From: Utricularia gibba
Lineage: Eukaryota > Plantae > Magnoliophyta
DNA: 64,000 nucleotides
Assembly: GCA_002189035.1 (NCBI GenBank)
Contig: NEEC01000020.1
Span: 1,550,001 to 1,614,000 of the forward strand
Direction: 5' to 3'
Shown: piece after piece, positions 36,205 through 48,400 of the stretch
Layout of the letters: every line of letters starts with the position of its first letter
Position numbering within the stretch: position 1 is the first letter of the stretch
Made by a program: the position numbers and the translations under genes
Notes under the pieces: generated by a model
What the model was told of the DNA's origin: nothing
Seen by the model: the letters and a program-made list of their open reading frames with translations, nothing else
The model's database searches: none

Positions 36205-37534
36205 ATGTCTAGACACCCCACATCTCTGGTTACCTAAAGCACCAGTGCTGCTAAGGCAGCAACTCAGAAGCGCCAGCCTGCTACTGCTTGACCATTGAAA
36301 AGGACCCAGCGTCGCCGCACCAACACCCAGAATTTGCTTCTATTCCCATCTCTAGGCGCTGCGACAGAGTCTGTTCCGATTGAGGCCACGCCTCTCACTA
36401 TTGTGTCTCCAGTGCTGTACCTGGAGTGGTACCCAGTTCCTGCTACTGCTACTGTTGCTGCCAACGCACCTGAGTCCTCAGAACCAAATTCCCCAGCAAC
36501 AATTTCTGCTCCCGAGAACCCGCAGCCCATACAACCGGAAGAAATTGCTGGAGAAGAAGGTACGGAAAAAGAAATTCCTATTATTCACTCATCCCCTTCT
36601 CTAGCACAGGAAGAAGATTCCCTGAAGAGATCAACATCAATGAAGAGGTTGATCTCTGGATTTCTGAAATGGTGCGTGCCGCTAATGAAGGGCCACGCCT
36701 AGAGTTCCGCCACGGAGAACAGGATGTAGAGGAAGCCACTCAGCCCACACAGCGAGGTAAAGGACAGCGCGGTCGCACAAAATTTTGGCGAGACCGAGCA
36801 CTGGAGTCCCCTGCTTGGACTCAGCTGAAAAACATTGTGAAATTTTCAGATAAGAATGCTCAACTTCTATTTAATCTCTTGACCTCGCACAGAATTTTGT
36901 TTAATCTGGCTTTAGGCTTTGTTTCTGAATCTGATTTAGCCACTACACGTTACCTCCAAGTCTTTTGTGATTATCCTGACCATTTCAATGTGCTGAATGC
37001 TTATGCTTCAATGTCTGTTTGTGAGCCCCCATTTTTTGTACCCAAACTCAAGGCCATTACTTGAGGGCACCTGCTCTTTTAGTCTTGAATAGGTATTTGG
37101 GAGGCTGTTACAGCGCAACCCGACAAGGCACCAGCATCATTGCCAAGGTGATTGTGTTCTTTCTATGGGCAATGATGAAGAAGCTCCTCATCAATTTGGG
37201 ATGGTGGATTGCCACTCAAATGCATTCCATCACTACCAAGAATGAGAGGGTGCTCCCTTTTGCCTCTCTCATCACAAAGCTCGCCCAACACTTGAAAGTG
37301 AACCTGGAAAAACAGACCCCTCAGGTAGATAATCATTTCCGTTATCTAGATTTAGATGACCTGTTTTTTTGCAGCTACCTGAAGGAGGTTGAGGGGGAGG
37401 CCATTTTTGTTCAAGCGGGTACCAAAAGTACCATTACTTCTATGCCTCCCTCCATTCTGAATCCATATGGTGCGCCAACAGACGTTCCTCTCAGCACTGC
37501 ACCTTCAAGCCCACCAAACGCACCCTACTGCTAG
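36205..37534 (+). pseudogene. Athila accessory ORF (putative plant transposon protein) of C
   Basis: ORFs 36295-36702, 36669-37064 and 37061-37534 (FFLWAMMKKLLINLGWWIA...LPFASLITKLA). Followed by the Athila-type gaggaca...aagtgtggcggaggag motif at ~37655-37690. Confidence 0.78.
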
Positions 37535-38485
37535 CTATTCAGAGTCTCCAGGAACAAGTTTCTGCGCTTTCAACGAAACTGGACACTCTTGTGGCTTCTA
37601 CTTCACACTCCTGCATGCCCCATGACTAAGGTAACCTCCGCTGCGCTTGATGATGAGGACATCCTCAAAATTAAGTGTGGCGGAGGAGTTTATGTTTCTT
37701 TTTATTTTCTAGTATTTTCTAGGCATTAGGACTTATGTGCTAAATTGTGTTGAATTTTTTTTTCTGTTTTCGTGCCTCATGTTTTGTTTTTCTTTTGTTT
37801 TTGAAAAATCCCACTATGCTCCTCAAGTACATTTGGTTCCATGAATAAAGCTATAATTTTTAGGATTGATCATGCTTAGGCTCATGAATTCCTTGCTGCT
37901 AGGAAGTTATTTTTCTTTCTAGATATCAAGTTTTTGTTGGATGATTTATGAAAGACCATAACGTGGCTATGATTACATTTTCATTCCTTGTATATATTAT
38001 GTTGTGAATAAATTTTTGTTGTTCCTATAGTGACCAGACCGAGACCGAAAAAATATATATATATATGTGAAAAAAAAGAGAGAGAAAAATAGGGGTGCCA
38101 AAGGTAAGGATGTTTGGCGAAACCGTGGTTAACACCACACATAAGGCTTCGTAATCCAAGCATTCTTCCCCAAAGCGGGGACCTCTATCTGAAAAAAAAA
38201 AAAGAGAGAGAAAAAGGTCTTGAGTCACTATAATGTATGTTCTTTGTTGTTTTGCCTTGATGTTGTTAGTGTATAAGTAATCATTGGTTAAGTCTTATTT
38301 TGATGCATGCGAACTTAAGTGGCTTGCCTTAATTTGATTGAAGGATAGGAAAAGAATGGGAGTGAACACCTGCTGTAGGATGAATGTACCTTAGTAATGC
38401 ATCATGACTTAGTTTATGCCTTTTTTCGTGGATTGATATGATTTTCATACTTGAGGACAAGCATGATTTAAGTATTTCATTTTGA

Positions 38486-39766
38486 TTAGGTATTATTATG
38501 TATTAATCTAGTGCTAAGTCGCCCAATTAGGAGTCTTATTATTAAGTATTTCATTTTGCTTAGAAAATTCTCATTTTCCTATTTTGTGTATATTTTATGT
38601 CTTTTATCTCACACTTTGATCGAGGCATGTTAGGAGACTGTCATGGAGTGTTGCAGGAGTATTGCAGGTGGTCAGACTCTGAGTTTTCGTGCCTTGTACA
38701 CAAGTTGGAACGATTGTGGGCGGAAGACTTACACTGGTAAAGGCCCTGACTTACAGCATGTCAGTGTACAGCAATGATTGGGCGCAAACTTGCACGCAAA
38801 GAAAGCCTAGTGGCACACACAAGACATAAGTAATGATGGGAAAGGAACCCAAAGGAGTTAGTTTATGTGGGAAGTCATATAAAAGCCATATAGAGCACTT
38901 AGTTTCGGAACTTTTCGCACTTTAGCCTTGTACTTAGACTTGGGTGTTCTTCCTCCCTTCAAGGAGGAAGAATACTTAGTCTCCCTTTTCGTTTTCTGTT
39001 TTCCATGGCCCTTTTGGGCTAAAACCTTTAGTTTCTGGGAAGTAGATGAAGTTTTCTTCCAAGTCATGAGCAATACACTCGGTTCTTCGCTGAATTGATT
39101 TCAGATGCTGCATACTTCCACGCGTATTGTTGCAGTCTTTCTGTAACGACTCTTAGTCAAGGTCCATGAGCAGCAGGCCACTTCTCGCGGATTTTGGTGA
39201 AGATCCAGGTGAAGAGCACCAACTCTAACTCTACCGGTTCGAGGGAAGTAGTGGATTGTTTGTGGCCTAGGTACCGCGACAGTGGATAGGTTGTGACCTC
39301 GAACCTGCCACTGGCCATTGGCAACAGCTGGGCACATGCACGCAATTCGGTTTTGAAGGCAATCGAAGACAATCCTCTTGCCTTCCTAATCGTCCAAGGG
39401 GGAATCACATGAGGCTATTCTCGTGCCTCCTGGTCAATCAGAGTGTAAGGGAGAGTAGGCTATTCCTTTCTCCTATAACCAGCTATTCGGAAGAAATCAG
39501 TGAAAACCGAGGAAAGGATGGACAAAGGAAGGAGATGGAATCTGATTCCCAGGAACTGCGTCCCGTAGTCAAGGCCCATCACTTAGGTTGTATCGTTTAT
39601 TTTTGCGTCTCAAAAACCTCCTTTTACAAAACTGTGACATTTTGTAGAAGTTCTTTACAAATAACTTTCCACGAAAAACAACTCTCTGAGATCGATACTC
39701 GTACTACACTTTCTACTATTTTACGTTTTAAATATTTTAAATTTGTTGAGGAAACGACACGCAACA
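38486..39766 (+). repeat. 3' LTR of C (first ~30 bp and PPT replaced)
   Basis: Aligns with 24525-25793, with scattered substitutions and small indels; ends GACACGCAACA followed by the TSD. Confidence 0.93.
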
Positions 39767-41714
39767 AAGATCAATTTCCCTATTTTGTAAGATTTCTTAA
39801 AAAATTTTCAAATGTCGTCAGTTTCAATTTCATGATATTTTTATCGAATGATGAGTTTTATATGACACTTGATTGGTTCACGGTTGTGGAAATTGAAGAT
39901 TTTGCACATGAACTTAGTGTTGGGATGCTCTACAAGATGAATGAAATTAAAAAGTTGTTTTTTATGTTAATGAATAATTCGCAAGTATATTTTGTTTTAG
40001 ATGCTAATTGAAAATTTGTATTTTGTGTTGTTTCGTTATTTACGTAAATGAAGATCAAGTGCTATGGTGAGTATATTCAATGCAAAATAAATATCAATGA
40101 AAGTTCTTGAAAAGATAGCTCTTGAACATTAAAATGAATATATGTTGTTAGAATAAAAATTAAATAGGTATAAAGTATAGTAAAATTCTTATGGGTCCCG
40201 ATTAAAATATTATAAATATGGTGCTTATGTCGTGAAAAAAATTGTTACGCATGAGTACATGTGCTGTTGGCGGGAAATTCGGTAAAATTAGGGCAAATGG
40301 TGTAATATGCAGTAATGTTATACTAATGGATATGTAGTGTAATTTCAAAAGATATGGGTATATTGTGCAAACAAAGTGTACAATATTGGTAAGAAATATT
40401 ATTTTCCCGAATTGTAGCTGCTCTCCTTATTCAAATATGCACGAATACATAAATCACGAGACAAGGTGTTGATTTAGTATTCAAACCTATTTCTTTACTG
40501 ACTTACAGATCTAACTGTAAGATGATTTAGTAAATTTAAAGGAATGAATACCCAAAAATCAAAGGGGTGGTCTAGGTAGACTGGAATTAAATGGTACATT
40601 GGAGAGTATGTTCAATTAGGTAGACTAAATGAACATACTATCCGTAGAACCCTCTAAGGCACTATATTTGTATTTGATGATTTTTAGAGTTATGATATTT
40701 TGTATGAAGCTTTCATTTTTAGAGTTAATGTTAAATTCCTGTTAATTTCAGTTAAAACTTAAAATAACATTTGATAAAAAAAAATGAACATTTATATTAC
40801 AAGCACTCACTTCTTGTGTTCAACTTCAAAACCATCATACTTGTTATTTAGACTTGTAAATTATGTGCACTAAGGTTTATATATTTATTTAATATGAAAT
40901 TTAATTTCTTACAATAATTTATGAATTTTTTATTGTCAATTTGACAAGCCTGGAACATTGGACCCGATAAACCCTAACATACCTACGGCTTGACAGAAAA
41001 ATAGGATACTATGTAATACATTTTTTATATTCCACCATTCCTATGAAAAAATAATCACAAAAATCCAAACACTTATAGATCCATCTATCCGTGAGGTAGA
41101 TCAGTAGCACTCCTCTGATATGAAAATAAACATGCATCATGTGATATAATAGTAGCATTTGCAATAACAAATGTGAAGCAATGCGTCTTAACTCTAGCAT
41201 AATAGCTCTTATATAACTAGCTTTTTTAGGTGCTTGAATATTTTCTAGCTGTTTGGATCCGTCTATTTATGCTTAAGGCTTCTTTGAACATAGGGCCTAA
41301 ATAATCCCAACATGTTACATAATGCAAATATTGTATGATTGTCCCATTTTCTACAATTTTCTTCATCCTTCCATGTGAAGAGTAACAATAATTTGAGCAC
41401 CGTGCATTGAGGGGTAATGAGGTCCTGCATCGATTATCATGAGTTTTTTTCATTGTTGGTGTAATCATAAGTTTTTTCCTGAATCATTCTTGTGTGTGTT
41501 GCAATCATTAGTTGCTTGTATTTAGCTTATGAACCAATCAAATGTTTACTATTTGATACTTAATAAACTGTTCGCCTTTTTCTCCAAATGAACAGATGAA
41601 TGGATTATATAATGAGTGCTCCATTGTTTACTAATTTTTTAAGAGTAAAATTTTTATGAATCAACATTATATCGAAACCTAACTATCTTTGTCAAATAGA
41701 GGATAAGGTAATCG

Positions 41715-42485
41715 GAGAGGTGGGCACAAGTACGGGTCAACCCATCAACCCAGCAAGTTGACCGTAGTGAGTTGAGTCAAATCAACTTTCATGGGTATGA
41801 GTAGCATCACCGAATCAATTCGATTTTTTTTATAACAACAAATACTTTGGGTCAATGTAATGAATCATTACCTTTCTTTTTTGTCAACCTTAATTATTAG
41901 GTCCAAGCCAGGCCATTTGATGTTTACTGTTCAAATCTCAGATTTAGGGTTTAAAAGAGTTTTACTTCTATCATTTTTCTAAACATTTTTGGTGGAAGTT
42001 TTACTATTTTGCTACTTTTCATCATTTGTGACCTTTTCTTGGCTCTATTACTCAAAAAATGATTCCAAAGTTTTTGAAATATTATGATACTATTCCTTCT
42101 ATGTTATTTGTGGTCAACATGATTGATACTCGAGTTAAAAGATTAGGCTTCCTTGCTGGTTTAAATGTGCATAATGACTTTTATAATTTTCTTAACATGA
42201 TTGTTATAGATTTGAGTGCTAAGAATATGCATTAAACTACTCTTTCAACTTTAGATTACCTATATGTGTTGTATTTCTTAATGTGGATATTGTGAAATCT
42301 GGCCAATCAGGGGTTAAAAATGGCAATGTCATGGCATCTGCCATATACAATTATTGGTCTAGGGTGCATGTTTATGCTTCTTCTATCCTGGGAACAAGAG
42401 CGAGTGAGGATGTATTGCATAATGAAATGCATTAACTAAATGGCAATAGGGGAGACAATTTTGATACACTTGATTGGTGGAAAAA
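41715..42485 (+). mobile_element. Internally deleted hAT copy related to 30734-35170 (left TIR plus 3' transposase part)
   Basis: The left end matches 30734-30762 at 24/29. 42050-42200 resembles 34250-34400. It ends in DNFDTLDWWKN (start of the hAT dimerisation domain), where an LTR interrupts it. Confidence 0.75.
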
Positions 42486-43325
42486 TGATAAACGAAAAAT
42501 CTACACATGTTGTAATATGCAATCTCTTCAATCAAATAAATTTATAACCTAATACACATTCAAGCATAATACAATTATGAACATAGTGATTAGGGTCGAA
42601 CACGAAAAGCTGATGCTTGTCATGTGATTATATATGCATACAATTAGTTTCATGATTGATAGATTTAATCTGAGCTAAGACTAAGATAGATCAATGATAA
42701 AATACATAAAGACAATATCGGGTAAGGACCAAACTTATCTAAAATGAAACAAGGTGATGCCTTGGGACTTTAAAGGAAATGCATGCTTACCACTAAATGA
42801 GCCTTGTTCTACTTACAAATCATGCATCTATCAACAAATCTTTGGTTTACCTCTAATTAGGGTTGTAAGATGAGTGTCACTTCTTACTCCTCATGGGTCT
42901 ATCCTAGTTGTTATTTATGGTTAACAAGGTAAAAAGATTTATTAGCACATTTCTTTTTTTTTTTCCCAAAGTATCTTTAAGTTCTTAGCCACTCATGCTT
43001 AAGGTAAATGAAATTTGAACATAAAACATCAACCACGTTGTACTCATATCTCAGTTCGATAACAAGCAAGAAATGTAAAAAAATCATGAGAAACTAAAAC
43101 TATCAAAAGCTACTCCTAACTAGGAGTAATATTTTTTGGAAAGAAAAGATAGTCTTCAAACATAAGCTTCGTTTTTGGATTTCTCCTTCCTTATTCTTCA
43201 TGCAAGTTCTTACGATGAGGAGATATTTTTTTTAAGAAGTCTCTGTCCCCCGTTCAATGGTCCTTCCCCCTCTTCTCTGTCTCATCATTCAAAAAATCAC
43301 CTTTTTTTCCTCTCTTGGGATTTGA
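42486..43325 (-). mobile_element. Truncated LTR, Athila-like family A
   Basis: Starts TGATAAACGAAAAAT... like 1749 and 11812; similarity stops at ctcttgggatttg. Confidence 0.8.
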
Positions 43326-43581
43326 CTGTACTACAAACCTTTCGTCTGTATGTTTGTACATATGATATTGGCCAAACAATTTAACAAACAGTTTTCAAAA
43401 CTTTTATTTTAAATAAGTAATATATTATTGATTTGGTGTAATAATAACGAATCTTTTTTTCATATAAAATACTTTTTAGTTAATAATTTTGATATTATGA
43501 ATACAGTTTTCACAAAACAAAATTATTTTTTGTAATATTACAATAAAAATTATTGTGATTCCATTTTTTTTTTAAATTAAT

Positions 43582-44471
43582 TGATGGGTGTCGTTTCCAC
43601 AATAAATTTTAATATTTTCAAAACTTGTCAAACACAAAAGTGTATTACGGTGTCGAACGCAAGGAGTTGTTTTTTAGTGAAAGGTGATGTTACACTTAAC
43701 AGAACTGTCACGATTTGTAAATGGTTTTGGAAGTAAAAGTGCAAGAAACGTAAATGATAAAGCTTGAGTATGGGGATAAGAGGGTTGTAAGTAGACAATG
43801 GAAATAAACGTAAGCGATGAACCTTAAATAAAGCGAATGTTCTTGGGTTTGGAATCTTGTCCAAGCTTTGTCACATCTCCACTCTTATTTGATCTTCTCA
43901 AGTACTCAGTTATAAAAGTAAAGAATCGCCTACTCTCCCATACACTCTTTTGCAAGGAGGCAAAGGAATAGTCCGATGTTACTCCTTCTTAGACGTAGGT
44001 AAGAATAAGAGGTCATGCCAATGTACACTCATAGTTGTATTGCGCGCGTGTGCCTGAGTGTTGCTAATGATCCAATGAACCCAGATACGAGGTCACTATC
44101 TGTTGATCCTGAGGTAAGGCCCCAAAAAAAAACATTCTCTTTCTCTTGGTAAAAGGGCATGAGTTGGTGCTCTCCACCTCGCTCATCTCCAAAACTCACA
44201 GGTAATGATCAGCTAATTGTGAATCTTAAATAAAGGGACTATTATAGAAAGATTGTAACATAGTCACATGAAGGCATATGGAACATGTTCGGATTCAAGG
44301 AAGAGATAAAGATAAGATAACGAAACATAGATCTGAGAGTATTCTAACCTAGAAACCAAAGTTTCTAACTGCAAACAGCCAAAGAGTGATGGAAAAAATT
44401 GGAGAACTATAAAAATGAAAAAGACATATGATGAGATGTCATAAAGATAAAATGGCTAGGAATTCTAAACA
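43582..44471 (-). mobile_element. LTR related to element C's LTR (solo or fragment)
   Basis: tgatgggtgtcgtttccacaataaattttaatatttt resembles the revcomp of C's LTR end (tgttgcgtgtcgtttcctcaacaaatttaaaatattt). Right boundary uncertain; no TSD found. Confidence 0.6.
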
Positions 44472-45250
44472 ATCATATCTTAAAATTAGTGAAGTGACAC
44501 CTGTAGTTTTTATGTTTGATTTAGATAAATTTGATGTTGTTTTTGTTCAATAGTTAAATTTAGGAGACTTGCTTTTTTCTGTTGTGGAAGATAAAGATTT
44601 TTTTGAATTAATGAAAACTAAGACTCAATCTGCATATAAGGGGTTTTTGAGGAAAAAAACTAGAATTATTACTTTAAATGATTTCAATATTTTACCGAAA
44701 AATTAATTTTCAATTTTGAATCTTTGAGTTCTACAAAATTTTTATTAACTTGTGATAGTTGGACCAATATAAATAATGAAAATTATATTGTCATTGCATG
44801 CTATTAGATTGATAATGATTGGAATCTACAAAAAAAAAATTAGCTTTTAATCATTCGCCTCTTCCACATTTTATTGTATAAGGTGATTATGAATGTATGT
44901 CATAAATATGGAATTTCTTCTAGAATTTTTGCAATTTCCATAGATAATGTTTTAGCTAATAACAGTGCTATATCTCTTTTGAAAATCAATTTCTTATCAT
45001 TATTAAATAGATTTTTTTTCATAATAAATGTTCCCGTCATATTGTGAATTTATGTGTTCAAAATGGATTGCATAATGTTGATTCTATCATTAGACCTTTA
45101 CATGAAATGATAGCGCATCTTAGACATTGTAGTGCAAGAAATGATGAATTGAAATGCTTATGTTCTGAGCATCATCTTGCATTCCAACATTTTTCAATTG
45201 ATTGTAAAACTAGATGGAATTCTATTATGATATGTCTGATGCATTGCTAC
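44472..45250 (+). pseudogene. hAT transposase remnant (middle part)
   Basis: FMFDLDKF...LLFSVVEDKDF; CDSWTN; IDNV.ANN; HIVNLCVQNG; IDCKTRWNS. Confidence 0.82.
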
Positions 45251-45455
45251 TGTTATGGGTGAAATCGATATCCGGTGAGAGGCCGATTTTAGGTGATAGG
45301 CGCGGTCGGGAATGCAACACTTAGTCACCTTCTTCACGGCTAGTACGATTAAAATAAGAGTGAATAGGGATTTTTTACGTGGAAACTGCCGGAGAGCCGA
45401 AAAACCACGGAGCTGCCGGAGCTCGCCGGAAAAGAGTTTCACTAGGTGGAAGTCT
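45251..45455 (-). mobile_element. LTR-like terminus, possibly a copia LTR fragment
   Basis: An abrupt TG start interrupts the hAT transposase; ttttacgtggaaac...gaaaaaccacgg is a motif pair I associate with reverse-oriented copia LTRs. Confidence 0.4.
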
Positions 45456-45459
45456 CCCT

Positions 45460-48400
45460 AACCTTTCCCGTATAAATAAGCGCCCTTCGCGTCAGTTCTT
45501 TCCTTTGACCTTTCTGTTGCCTGCAAGAGTTTTGTGCCCTTCGTGCTCCGTCACACTCGTCCGCCGCTCGATCGTCGCAATATCCGTCGGAAAACGTCAA
45601 TTTTCCAGGTATCATTCGGTTCTTCGTCTTTTCTGTTCGGTCTTCTGGGATTTTTGACAGGTCCCCCTTGTCGTTCTAAGTCCTTCCCTCGTCCTAACTC
45701 CTACCTCGTTCTAGGGTTTTGGGCTTCTTTGAAAATGGGTAGGAGATCTAGTGAACTAAACATCCCTTCCCTTCGCATTCGGTACTCGATCCCTGATGAG
45801 TACCAGCTTTCTCATGCTCGGGATACTGAAATCCCTTGGGGGTTGCTAAGGACCCCTGCCTCCGTTCAGTCTCCCAATTCCACTTGCCTATTTCGAAAGC
45901 GGTTTACGCTTCCCTCTTCACCCTTTCATAGTATGTTTTCTCTATACTTTTGCAATTCCGATTTACTGTCTTGCCCCGAATTCCATATTCTGCTTTACCA
46001 CTTTCCTTTTTTATTCGGCCGGTATGGATCCGGCTATGACTCTGGTAGACTTCTGTCATCTCTTCAAGATAGCCGTTCGTAAAGCTAAGTCCCCGATGGA
46101 TGGCCGATCACACTTTCAATTCCGCCGATTTGAAGATAACCCCAACTTTGTTGTTAAAGCCCCCGATACCCACCATGATTGGTGGTCTTCTTTCATTTGG
46201 ATAGCTCCCCCTTTGGGTTCTCGGTGGAACTTCCCAGTCGATCCCCCAACTTCTTTCAGGATCAAGATCATGGGTGCGTATCGGTCTTCTTCTGAATCTC
46301 GCGAAGTCCTTTATGAGAAGGTTAGTCGGGGCTCAGTTCGGTATGAGTCTCGTGCCTTGATGTTCTCGGGTGAGTCGATGAAAAGATCAGGTATTATCGG
46401 TCGTTCCCGAGACCTCCATTGGTCCGATATCATTCCTTTTGACGGCACCGATCCGAGGAGCCTTCCTCTTAGCCCCTCTTCACCCTTCCCTCTTGTTCCG
46501 GCTTCACCTCCAATTCCCCACCTGTTCAAACCGGGGCCCTCAATAAAAAGAAGAGGGTTAAGACAGTTGCGCACAAACCCTCAAAAAGGCAAAGAGGTAG
46601 TCGAGTTCAGCTTTCCCGAGTCTTAGAATCGGCACTATGCCTTATTGCTTTTCCTTCTTTCGTTTTCAGCTGAAGAGATGGTTCGGAGAAGCTCTCTGGA
46701 AGATTCGGTGATGGCGCGGTTCTCCGCCGAGATGCAGAGGGCGCAAGAACCCGAGGATCCCTCCCCTGCACCAATCTGTCTCCTATTTATTAGTTACCGT
46801 GAATTCCCGATTATAACCCCCCCCCCTTTTTTTTTGGTTTTTCTTTCAGGTTGATACGATTGGAGCTTAGTTGGATGCCACTGATCCTTCCTCGGGGGAA
46901 GATCAAGTAGTGGAAGTCTCCGAGACCCAGGAGTTGACTTCCCGTCCTTTAGTTGGTAAAGGGAAAGAGAAACTTCCTCCATCACCCGATCTCAGCGATA
47001 CTCCTATTCCCGATGCAAGATTCTTTTCGGCTGGTGCTTCAACATCGGCTCTTCCAATCGAGTTACAGAGGGATTCTGCCCTCGTAGAAGTAAGGGACAA
47101 CCCGGTGCTTCCTCTACCCTCAGTTCCAGCTGAACTAAGGGGAATCCTGGATAGAGCTATGTCTAGTACCTCGGGTGTTCAGCCGGAGACGGTACTTGAA
47201 GGGATCTGGCAGGTACGTATTCCGTTTCCTCTTCTAAATTCTAATTAGTCGGTCCTTGACTAGGGATATTCTTTCAGGCTCTGACTCTTGGGTGGGGAAT
47301 GGTAAGAGAGATTGGCTCTCAATCGGAGGAAGTCTCTCGGCTTCGGGCCCAAGTTGTGGCTCAGAGTGCCCAGATAAAATTGTTGGAGGAGGAGGAGAGT
47401 GCGCTGAAAACCGTTTCAGGGAAGCGCAGCCGCTAGGAGGAAGAACTGCGAAATGTGATCGAGGAAATGGGAAAGGCGGTTGACGACGCTCAATCAGAGA
47501 GAGAGGGCTTCAAAGTCTGATTTGAGGAGGCAGAGCATGCTAGGGGCCGCATTTCAGCATTGGAAGCCGAATTACTTGATCAACAAGCATCTCGGCAGGG
47601 TCTTCTGGATGACTTTGACAATTCGGCCTGTTTTGCCGAACTCTCCGATATCTATGCAGGAGATTTAATCGGCTTACTTCTATACCGTCAGAGACGACAG
47701 TTCATCCGGGAATTTGGGCTTTCAATCATGGATCCGCGCTTCGACAGGATAAACCCCGTGACGATGGATGAGAACATGCTTGATGTTATCGCGGATACCT
47801 TCCAGGCCCCGGAGTACGGGTTCGAAGGTGATCAGGAGCGACTGATTTTGCTAATTCGGGCGAGGATAGGGCGAGAGAATGACGCCAAGTTGAGGGCAAG
47901 GATGGAACGGCATACCGGTTCCTCTACCAATCCTCCCGATAATCCCTCATCCCCTCCTGTACTTTAGTAGTTTTTGACTTGATGTTTTTCCCCTGCTGTG
48001 GGGCTTTTTGGATAATTTTGGTCTCCCGGTTCAGGATTTTCTTCTAATTTACTCTGTTTTTTTTTTTTTGCGCATCACTTTTGCCTTTGGTGACGTTCAC
48101 ATTTCGGGGGAAGCCTCGAGTTGGTTTGCTATGTCTATTACCTGCTTAGACTTGGAGATTCGCCTATGTTTTTATGATTCGGGGGTGGATGCCTCCTCGC
48201 CAACCCTTTGATTGGGCTTTTTGATTTTAGTTTGCCTTAGTGTTTCCTCATGCGAGTTGACCGCTGCTAGGGAAGTAGGCCGGAACCCCTCATGGGTTGA
48301 GCGACTTCCCCAATCCGAAAGGGCCCTCTTCTGGCCATACCCCATTGTTTTGAACATGGGGTGGATTTGTTTCCGGTGCTCTTGCCGCCTCGAGATTACG

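Larger units (their letters stand above)
24498..39766 (+). mobile_element. Full-length Athila-like Ty3/gypsy element C with nested hAT
   Basis: TG...CA termini, perfect TSD AAGAT (24493-24497 / 39767-39771), two similar ~1.3-kb LTRs, PBS, gag-AP-RT-RH-INT order and an accessory ORF. Confidence 0.96.

Noticed and set aside
39772-39810. Continuation of B2 gag and its 5' LTR beyond element C
   Set aside because: A few codons may continue after the TSD, but no family-A 5' LTR, PBS or AACCT TSD partner was found, so B2's 5' end is not claimed.
39409-40011. 200-aa ORF on the + strand
   Set aside because: It runs from C's 3' LTR across the TSD into unrelated flank, and the 5' LTR equivalent is broken. 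A chance fusion.
41000-41470. Possible Ulp1-like coding remnant on the minus strand
   Set aside because: Only vague similarity (DYFFIG, HYVTCWD); not supportable without an HMM search.
45793-45840. Hammerhead-ribozyme-like CTGATGA...GAAA
   Set aside because: Stem II cannot close with the canonical G-C pair, and the sequence is coding (PDEYQL...TEIP) in the Retand antisense ORF.
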